Shown here piece by piece: positions 1 to 9,612 of a DNA stretch of 14,832 bases. The DNA is from a bacterium (GTDB lineage: Bacteria; SAR324; NAC60-12), in assembly GCA_965233585.1 (NCBI GenBank), contig CBDDTI010000114.1, positions 1 to 14,832 on the forward strand. The letters run 5' to 3'. Each line of letters starts with the position of its first letter. Within the stretch, counting starts at the first letter, position 1. The position numbers were made by a program, and so were the translations under genes. The notes under the pieces are model-generated. The model had not been told where the DNA came from. It saw nothing but the letters and a program-made list of their open reading frames with translations, and made no database searches.

Positions 1-244
1 TCCATCGGCTCTAGCGGCTGTATCGGCTCCAACGACTCCATCGGCCTTATTCAACTTATCGGCCTCATCGGTTTTATTGGCCTCATCGGTTTTATTGGCG
101 TTATCGGTTCTAACGGCTCCATCGACTCTAGCGTCTCCATCGGCCTTATCGGCTCAAGCGACCTTATCGGCTCCATCGGCCTCATCGGCTCCATCGGTTT
201 TAATTGGTTTGATCGGCGCCAGCGGTTCTAGCGGTTTCATCGGC
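1..244. repeat. 9-bp minisatellite (ATCGGCCTT / ATCGGCTCC / AGCGGCTCT), partial
   Basis: Degenerate 9-mers with a CGG core read directly from the sequence; they explain the low-complexity ORFs. Confidence 0.92.
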
Positions 245-510
245 ATGTTTTTCTGGAAAGCCTATTACGGTCGGAAGCAGGCGGAAGCAGTTACGTCTAT
301 TTTGCGCCTATGGTTTTCTTCACTGCCTTTTGATTAGTATTGATTTATAGTATCTTGGCTTGTAATATAGCCTCCAAGTATCGAACGTACCCCCCTACCC
401 CTCCCCTTTTCCACGCCTCCCACGCACCCTAAGAGCAGACTCAAAACATTGTAATAATTTACAATATTTTTATTCTTTGTGGATCAAGAAATCATATTTT
501 ATTATATGGT

Positions 511-664
511 GAAATATCCGTAAATATCAATGTTTTTGCTAGGTGCTGGCCAAAAACCACTGTAAATACCGTGCTTTTTGCTACCAGAGGCAAAAAATAT
601 CGTAAATACCGTGGTTTTGGGCTTCCGATCCACCCAATACATTGGTATTTACGGTATTTTTTGC
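511..664. repeat. ~41-bp-periodic GTAAATACC motif block with a 21-bp inverted repeat (copy 1)
   Basis: GTAAATAYC at 520, 562 and 602, and inverted (GGTATTTAC) at 644. 590-610 is the reverse complement of 644-664 at 20/21 positions. Confidence 0.85.
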
Positions 665-666
665 TC

Positions 667-1460
667 CGAGAGTTCCACAAATATGCAAAAACACTACCTA
701 TTTGACGATGTTCGATCACTACCGAACCGAGACAAAAAGCTGCAGGGGTAACACCAGCCCCAACAGCACCACCACCTCTACTCTACCACCACCATGAACA
801 ACAACAACGACATCACTAGGACCAACAACAACAGCAACAACAGCAACAATAACATTACGCCAACAACACCAACAACAGCAACAACAACAAGAACAATAAT
901 AAGAACAACAACCAGAACTACAATAACAACAACAACAACATGAAGAAGAATAAGAACAAGAACAAGAAGAACAACAACAACAACGACAACAACAACAACG
1001 ACAAGAACACGAACAAGAACAATTGCGGGTGCGAAGGACCAGCGCTTTTCTTCGCTAATGGCTCATGATTAGCTGGTGTGTGTGTGTGCCAGTGCATATT
1101 GTGCGCAGCCTCGGGATCGAAATTTTCGCGCACATTGTCGAGCCAGCCGGCCCGTCAAGAAGAAGAACAAGAACACGAACAAGAACCACCACCACAATCA
1201 CAAGGGCAAGCGTCGCTTTTACCTGCCTCCACGTCGTATTTTTTTTTCCCTTGCCTCTCCCCTTCACTTTTTCTTCGGTTCCTTTCCTGCTTTTCGATAC
1301 TTCAGATTCACAAATTATTGGAAAAATACAATATTTCGGGATTTTCTTATCTTTTTACGATCCTGGATTTTTTTTCCTTTTTTTTCTTTATTTCTCTTCT
1401 TTGATTCTTCCCATCTCTGCTTTTCATCTGTCCATATTCTCGGAAATATTTGATTTCTAA
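667..1460 (+). repeat. Module A (copy 1): head + (AAC/AAG)n microsatellite + GC-rich core + T-rich tail
   Basis: Head CGAGAGTTCCACAAAT...CCGAGACAAAAAGCTGCA, AAC tract ~760-1022, core 1024-1158, tail ending TTTGATTTCTAA. Paralogous to 1703-2860. Confidence 0.88.
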
Positions 1461-1702
1461 AGTTCCTTCAAAAATTAGATTATTAAAATGAAATAAATAA
1501 ATTATTTTAAAAATCAAAATTCACATAATAGCAAGGATGACGTGACCTTGGTCTATTTTTCCAAATTCTGCCTATAATTTGGGAGGTTTGGTTGGTTTAT
1601 CCTTTTTTGAAATTATTTTTAGAAAAATAAAAAAGGAGTTATAATGAAAAAATTTAAAAAAATGAAAATTGCAACGTATTTTTTTTTTCCCCCAATTTTG
1701 AA

Positions 1703-2860
1703 CGAGAATTCCACAAATGCGCGAAAACACTACCTATTTGACGATTTTCGGCCACTACGGAACCGAGACAAAAAGCTGCACGGGTAACACCTTCACCAAC
1801 CCCAACAGCACCACCACCTCTACTCTGCCACCACCATGAACAACAACAACAAAAACAACAACGACGACAACAACAACAACATGAAGAAGAACAAGAACAA
1901 GAACAACAACAACAAGAACAAGAACAACAACAACGACAACAAGAACAAGAACAACAAGAACAACAACATCAACAACAGCAACAGCAAGAACAACACCAAC
2001 AACAACAACAGCAACAGCAACCAGAACAACAACAGCTGCAGGGGTAATACCAACACGACCACCAAGACCCTCATTAACAGCAACAACAACACCACCACCA
2101 CCAACAACAACAATAACAACAACAACAGCAACAACAACAACCACAATAACAAGAAAAGTAACAACAACAACAACAGCAACAATAACAACGACAACAACAG
2201 GACCAGCAACAACAACAACGACAACAACAGGACCAGCAACAACAACAACAATAACAACAACAACAACAGCAACAATGCCACCTACCAACAATACCAACAA
2301 CAGCAACAACAACAAGAACAATAATAAGAACAACAACCAGAACTACAATAACAACAACGACAACAACAACGACAACGAGCAGAAGGACAACAACAAGAAC
2401 ACGAACAAGAACAACTGCGGGTGCGAAGGACCAGCTCTTTTCTTCGCTAATGGGTCATGAGCAGCTGGTGTGTGTGTGTGTGCCAGTGCATATTGCGCGC
2501 AGCCTCGGGATCGAAATTTTCGCGCACATTGTCGAGCCAGCCGGCCCGTCAACAAGAAAATCAAGAATACGAACAAGAACCACCACCACCAGAACCACCA
2601 CAATCACAATGACAAGGGCAAGCGTCGCTTTTACCTGCCTCCACGTCGTAATTTTTTTTCCCTGCCTCTCCTCTCATTTTTTCTTCGATTCCTTTCTTAC
2701 TTTTCGATCCTTCACATCCACAAATTATTTTGGAAAAATACAATATTTCGCGATTTTCTTTCCTACCTTTTTACGATCCTGGATTTTTTTTTCAGATTTT
2801 GTTTTTTCCATTTTTTTACTTGCTTTTATATGTCCATATTCTCGGAAATTTGATTTCTAA
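1703..2860 (+). repeat. Module B (copy 1): diverged paralogue of module A with an expanded (AAC)n tract
   Basis: Same head (CGAGAATTCCACAAAT...), AAC tract ~1796-2414 containing a second AGCTGCAGGGGTAA head motif at ~2034, core 2415-2552, same tail end. Confidence 0.88.
1796..2414. repeat. Compound trinucleotide microsatellite (AAC with AAG/AGC/ACC/GAC variants)
   Basis: Read directly; produces the poly-Asn, poly-Leu and poly-Val pseudo-ORFs. Confidence 0.95.
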
Positions 2861-3060
2861 TTTTTCACAAATTGTAAGAATTTCATCCCCCGCATTTTTT
2901 TTTCATTATTCAAACAAGATGAAGCCCACGAACCCGAATGCTCACACGTATGTTAATGGTGAAGATGTCAAAACACATGGTTATGCAGTCACGCACAATA
3001 CCTTTCTGCAATAGTTTATATCGATTAGTCTTGTACATGTTTCCCTTGTTACCAGTCTGC

Positions 3061-3990
3061 AGTGTGGGGGGTGTAGAGCGTGTAGAGTGTGCAATATGGG
3101 GGTAAAGTGTAGAGTGTGGAGTGTAGAGTGTGGAGTTTAGAGTGAGGAGTGAGGAGTGTACAGTGTGGAGTCAGGGGTGTGGAGTGTAAAGTGTGGAGTG
3201 AGGAGTGGGGGTGTAAAGTGAGGAGTGTAAAGTCTGGAGTGAGGAGTGCGGAGTTTGTAGATTGTACCGTGTGAAGTGTAGAGTGTAAAGTGTAGAGTGT
3301 AATAAAGTGTAGAGTGTAGCGTCTGGAGTGTGGGGCGGAAAGTGTGGGTTGTGGGGTATAAAGAGTGGAGTGTGGAGCGTGGAGTGTAAAGTGTAGACTG
3401 TGGGGTGTGGAGTGCAAAGTGTGGAGTGTAGTGAGGAGTTGAAAAGTGGAAAGTTTGGCGTGTACAGTGTAGTGTGGAGTGTAGAGTGGTGGAGAGTGTA
3501 AACTATGGAGTGGAAAGTGTGGGGTGTGGGGTTTAAGGTGTGGAGTGTGGAGTGTAAAGTCTGGTGGAGTGTGAAGTGAGGAGTGTAAAGTGTGGAGTGT
3601 AGGGTGGAAAGTGTGGAGTGTGAAGAGTGGAATGTAAAGTGTGGAGTGAGGGAGTGAGAAGTGTAAAGTATAAAGTGTGGAGTATGGAGTGCACAGTAAA
3701 GTGTGGAGTGTGGAGTGCGGGTGTCGAGTGGAAAGTGTAGAATGCGGAGCGTACAGTGGGGGGAGTGGAGTGAGGGGTGTAAAGTGTAGAGTGTGGAGTG
3801 TAGAGTGTAACGCGACGAGTGTAAAGAGTGGAGCGTGGGGTGTAAAGTGTGGAATGTGGAGTGTAAAGTCTTAGATGAGGAGTGACGAGTGTAAAGAGCA
3901 AAGTGAATTGTGGAGTGTAAAGTGTAGAGTGTAAAGTTGGGCATTGTAAATTGTGGAGTTAAAAGTTGAAAGTGTGGAGTGCAGTGCGGA
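3061..3990. repeat. Degenerate heptamer satellite (GTGTGGA / GTGTAGA / GTGTAAA), copy 1
   Basis: ~930 bp of tandem 7-mers with a G-rich, C-poor + strand; gives TLHSTLYT-type ORFs on the - strand. Confidence 0.95.
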
Positions 3991-5141
3991 GCTGCCCCAT
4001 AAACAGAGATAAGATAAGTGGGTGCAAAAAATAAACAGGATTTCGCGCGAGACATCCTCCAATTTTGATATTTTCGACACGTTATCAAAAAAATTTGGAA
4101 TGTCATAAAGTGCCACGCATGGCACACAAAACAGAATGACAACCTGCTTGAACACATTCGAAGACGAGCATGGCTGCAGAAAAACGAGCATTTCGTGCGA
4201 GACTTCCACTAATTTTGGCATTTGCGAAACATCATCAAACAGGTTGGAATATCACAAAGTGCCACGCCTGCCACGCAAAACGACATGACAACCTGCTTGG
4301 AGACATTCGAATAGGAGATGTTTTCAGCTTCCCCATAAACACGGCGATGCCATAGGAAAACCAGAGACTCGAGACAACACACGGTGGTGCAAACAAAACG
4401 AGGATTTCGTGCAAAACTTCTCAAATTTTGACCTTTTTGAGACGTTATCAAGCAGGTTGGAATGTCACAAAGTGCCACGCATGCCACAAAAAACCACATG
4501 AGAATCTGCTTTGACACATTCGAATCGGAGATTTCTTCTAGCTTCCCAAACCAGCGACTCGAAACAAGACATGTAGATGCAAAAAAATCAACATTTCGTA
4601 CGAGACTTCCGGCAATTTTCACAAGTGGCGACATGACGAAAGGACAAATTTTGCAGCTTCCCCCATAGACACGGCGAGGCCACAGGAAAACCAGACACGC
4701 GAAACTAGACATGCGGGAGCACCAAAACGGGCATTTCGTGCGAGACTTTTTCTAATTTTTCCACTTTGTAGCTTCAAAATCGACGTTTTCTTACAAGTTT
4801 TCCTTAGATCTTCAAATTTGCAACCTTGAAAATTGATGTTTTGTGCGAGGCTTCCGTCAATTTTCAGCACATCGAACAAATGCAACGCCTGCCACGGAAT
4901 TGCACCTTGTCGCCACTGGACGCAGCCCTGCCAATGCGATGTGAAAAAACACGCAACACGACACATCTAAAGTGCTGCGCCTGCCACGAAAAATGACGAT
5001 GGACACGTCCAAAGGGCTGCGGCTGGCAGAAAAACTGCCCTACATCTTTTGACAAGGTCGCAAGAGTATTGCGCCTGCCACGCAAAACGACTTTCGACAG
5101 TTTCCAGAACACGTCTGAATGTCAGGGAGTGCAAGACCTGC
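3991..5141 (+). mobile_element. Non-coding, internally repetitive element (putative non-autonomous TE), 3'-truncated copy
   Basis: Degenerate ~140-215-bp subrepeats anchored by ATTTCGTGCGAGACTT-like motifs (~4040, 4190, 4404, 4593, 4733), AAAGTGCCACGC motifs (~4107, 4256, 4469) and CGCCTGCCACG (~4886, 4978, 5072). Mobile status is inferred; no transposase or RT is visible. Confidence 0.5.
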
Positions 5142-5204
5142 TAAGCGCCATTTTCAGAGTATGGGAATTTTGCATTGTGGTATGCTTCGTTTATTAATCT
5201 GACC

Positions 5205-5884
5205 ATCGACCTGTCTATCGCTTATCGACTCTATCGGTCTTATCGGCTCGGCCTTATTGGTTCCAGCGGTTTTGTTGGCCTTATTGTTTCCGCGGCTCCA
5301 TCGCCTTTATCGGCTCCATCGCCTTCATCGGCTCCATCGCCCTCATCGGCTCTAGCGGCTCTATCGGCTTGCATCGGCTCCATCGGCCTTATCGGCTCTA
5401 GCGCCTCCAGCGGCTTGAGCGGCCTTATCGGCTCCATGGACCTCATCGGCCTTATCGGCTCTGGCGTTTCTATCGGCCTTATTAACCACATCGGCTTTTT
5501 GGTCGACTTTATGGTCGATTTTAGCGGCTCTATCGGCCTTATCGACTCCATTGGCCTTATCGGCTCCAGTGGCTCTATCGGTCTTATCGGCTCTAGCGAT
5601 TCCCCAGCGGTTCCGTATCGGCCTTATCGGCTCTAGCGACTCCATCGGCTCTAGCGGCTGTATCGGCTCCAACGACTCCATCGGCCTTATTCAACTTATC
5701 GGCCTCATCGGTTTTATTGGCCTCATCGGTTTTATTGGCGTTATCGGTTCTAACGGCTCCATCGACTTTAGCGTCTCCATCGGCCTTATCGGCTCAAGCG
5801 ACCTTATCGGCTCCATCGGCCTCATCGGCTCCATCGGTTTTAATTGGTTTTATCGGCGCCAGCGGTTCTAGCGGTTTCATCGGC
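5205..5884. repeat. 9-bp minisatellite (ATCGGCCTT / ATCGGCTCC / AGCGGCTCT), ~680 bp
   Basis: Degenerate tandem 9-mers with phase breaks near 5290-5370 and 5600-5620. They translate as IGLIGS... on + and PIRPIE... on -. Confidence 0.93.
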
Positions 5885-6150
5885 ATGTTTTTCTGGAAAG
5901 CCTATTACGGTCGGAAGCAGGCGGAAGCAGTTACGTCCATTTTGCGCCTATGGTTTTCTTCACTGCCTTTTGATTAGTATTGATCTATAGCATCTTGGCT
6001 TGTAATATAGCCTCCAAGTATCGAACGTACCCCCCTACCCCTCCCCTTTTCCACGCCTCCCACGCACCCTAAGAGCAGACTCAAAACATTGTAATAATTT
6101 ACAATATTTTTATTCTTTGTGGATCAAGAAACCACATTTTATTATATGGT

Positions 6151-6304
6151 GAAATATCCGTAAATACCAATGTTTTTGCTAGGTGCTGGCCCAAAACCAC
6201 TGTAAATACCGTGCTTTTTGCTACCAGAGGCAAAAAATATCGTAAATACCGTGGTTTTGGGCTTCCGATCCACCCAATACATTGGTATTTACGGTATTTT
6301 TTGC
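6151..6304. repeat. ~41-bp-periodic GTAAATACC motif block with a 21-bp inverted repeat (copy 2)
   Basis: GTAAATACC at 6160, 6202 and 6242, inverted at 6284; arms 6230-6250 and 6284-6304. Confidence 0.85.
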
Positions 6305-6306
6305 TC

Positions 6307-7114
<808 letters not shown>

Positions 7115-7354
7115 ATTTCCTTCAAAAATTAGATTATTAAAATGAAATAAATAAATTATTTAAAAAATCAAAATTCACATAATAGCAAGGATGACGTGAC
7201 CTTGGTCTATTTTTCCAAATTCTGCCTATAATTTGGGAGGTTTGGTTGGTTTATCCTTTTTTGAAATTATTTTTAGAAAAATAAAAAAGGAGTTATAATG
7301 AAAAAACAAAAAAAATGAAAATTGCAACGTATTTTTTTTTCCCCCAATTTTGAA

Positions 7355-8482
7355 CGAGAATTCCACAAATGCGCGAAAACACTACCTATTTGACGATTTT
7401 CGGCCACTACGGAACCGAGACAAAAAGCTGCACGGGTAACACCTTCACCAACCCCAACAGCACCACCACCTCTACTCTGCCACCACCATGAACAACAACA
7501 ACAAAAACAACAACAACGACAACAACAACAACATGAAGAAGAACAAGAACAACAACAACAACAACAAGAACAAGAACAACAACAACGACAACAAGAACAA
7601 CAAGAACAACAACATCAACAACAGCAAGAACAACACCAACAACAACAACAGCAACCAGAACAACAACAGCTGCAGGGGTAATACCAACACGACCACCAAG
7701 ACCCTCATTAACAGCAACAACAACACCACCACCACCAACAACAACAATAACAACAACAACAGCAACAGCAACAACCACAATAACAAGAAAAGCAACAACA
7801 ACAACAGCAACAATAACAACGACAACAACAGGACCAGCAACAACAACAACGACAACAACAGGACCAGCAACAACAACAACAATAACAACAACAACAGCAA
7901 CAGCAACAATGCCACCTACCAACAATACCAACAACAGCAACAACAACAAGAACAATAATAAGAACAACAACCAGAACTACAATAACAACAACGACAACGA
8001 GCAGAAGGACAACAACAAGAACACGAACAAGAACAACTGCGGGTGCGAAGGACCAGCTCTTTTCTTCGCTAATGGGTCATGAGCAGCTGGTGTGTGTGTG
8101 TGTGCCAGTGCATATTGCGCGCAGCCTCGGGATCGAAATTTTCGCGCACATTGTCGAGCCAGCCGGCCCGTCAACAAGAAAATCAAGAATACGAACAAGA
8201 ACCACCACCACCAGAACCACCACAATCACAATGACAAGGGCAAGCGTCGCTTTTACCTGCCTCCACGTCGTAATTTTTTTTCCCTGCCTCTCCTCTCATT
8301 TTTTCTTCGATTCCTTTCTTACTTTTCGATCCTTCACATCCACAAATTATTTTGGAAAAATACAATATTTCGCGATTTTCTTTCCTACCTTTTTACGATC
8401 CTGGATTTTTTTTTCAGATTTTGTTTTTTCCATTTTTTTACTTGCTTTTATATGTCCATATTCTCGGAAATTTGGTTTCTAA
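7355..8482 (+). repeat. Module B (copy 2)
   Basis: Near-identical to 1703-2860, with ~30 bp fewer in the triplet tract. Confidence 0.88.
7448..8036. repeat. Compound trinucleotide microsatellite (AAC variants), copy 2
   Basis: Read directly. Confidence 0.95.
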
Positions 8483-8681
8483 TTTTTCACAAATTGTAAG
8501 AATTTCATCCCCCACATTTTTTTTCATTATTCAAACAAGATGAAGCCCACGAACCCGAATGCTCACACGTATGTTAATGGTGAAGATGTCAAAACACATG
8601 GTTATGCAGTCACGCACAATACCTTTCTGCAATAGTTTATGTCGATTAGTCTTGTACATGTTTCCCTTGTTACCAGTCTGC

Positions 8682-9612
8682 AGTGTGGGGGTGTAGAGCG
8701 TGTAGAGTGTGCAATATGGGGGTAAAGTGTAGAGTGTGGAGTGTAGAGTGTGGAGTTTAGAGTGAGGAGTGAGGAGTGTACAGTGTGGAGTCAGGGGTGT
8801 GGAGTGTAAAGTGTGGAGTGAGGAGTGGGGGTGTAAAGTGAGGAGTGTAAAGTCTGGAGTGAGGAGTGCGGAGTTTGTAGATTGTACCGTGTGAAGTGTA
8901 GAGTGTAAAGTGTAGAGTGTAATAAAGTGTAGAGTGTAGCGTCTGGAGTGTGGGGCGGAAAGTGTTGGGTTGTGGGGTATAAAGAGTGGAGTGTGGAGCG
9001 TGGGGTGTAAAGTGTAGACTGTGGGGTGTGGAGTGCAAAGTGTGGAGTGTAGTGAGGAGTTGAAAAGTGGAAAGCTTGGCGTGTACAGTGTAGTGTGGAG
9101 TGTAGAGTGGTGGAGAGTGTAAACTATGGAGTGGAAAGTGTGGGGTGTGGGGGTTTAAGGTGTGGAGTGTGGAGTGTAAAGTCTGGTGGAGTGTGAAGTG
9201 AGGAGTGGAAAGTGTGGAGTGTAGGGTGGAAAGTGTGGAGTGTGAAGAGTGGAATGTAAAGTGTGGAGTGAGGGAGTGAGAAGTGTAAAGTATAAAGTGT
9301 GGAGTATGGAGTGCACAGTAAAGTGTGGAGTGTGGAGTGCGGGTGTCGAGTGGAAAGTGTAGAATGCGGAGCGTACAGTGGGGGGAGTGGAGTGAGGGGT
9401 GTAAAGTGTAGAGTGTGGAGTGTAGAGTGTAACGCGACGAGTGTAAAGAGTGGAGCGTGGGGTGTAAAGTGTGGAATGTGGAGTGTAAAGTCTTAGATGA
9501 GGAGTGACGAGTGTAAAGAGCAAAGTGAATTGTGGAGTGTAAAGTGTAGAGTGTAAAGTTGGGCATTGTAAATTGTGGAGTTAAAAGTTGAAAGTGTGGA
9601 GTGCAGTGCGGA
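8682..9612. repeat. Degenerate heptamer satellite, copy 2
   Basis: Nearly base-for-base identical to 3061-3990. Confidence 0.95.

Larger units (their letters stand above)
1..5141 (+). repeat. Copy 1 (5'-truncated by the window edge) of a ~5.63-kb composite tandem repeat unit
   Basis: Position 1 TCCATCGGCTCTAGCGGCTGTATCGG recurs exactly at 5641. Colinear near-identity continues (offset 5640 falling to ~5621-5630 through microsatellite indels) until GCAAGACCTGC (5131-5141) vs GCAAGGCCTGC (10761-10771). The ORF track is duplicated in the same way, e.g. 77..337/5717..5977 and 2561..2743/8183..8365. Confidence 0.97.

Noticed and set aside
1065..1460. Overlapping 100-136-aa ORFs over the module cores and tails (four copies)
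   Set aside because: Several frames are open at once over microsatellite and T-rich sequence; indels between copies shift the frames.
1755..2460. Poly-Asn, poly-Leu and poly-Val ORFs (also 7407-7970)
   Set aside because: Three overlapping frames on both strands stay open only because of the AAC microsatellite; no domain is present.
3061..3990. Telomeric or interstitial telomeric repeat
   Set aside because: The unit is GTGTRRA, not TTAGGG or TTTAGGG, and it is degenerate and internal.
3049..4157. 328-aa and 340-aa Thr/Leu/His-rich ORFs (also 8757-9779)
   Set aside because: These translate a 7-bp satellite whose C-rich strand rarely forms stops; the two copies differ by frameshifts.
3991..5141. 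CRISPR-like array or transposase CDS
   Set aside because: The subrepeats are long, degenerate and irregular with homologous interiors rather than unique spacers. No cas gene, DDE motif or RT motif is visible, and the ORFs are short and differ between copies.
5175..5977. Collagen-like or membrane-protein CDS
   Set aside because: Gly periodicity follows from the 9-bp unit; the frames break and there is no non-repetitive domain.
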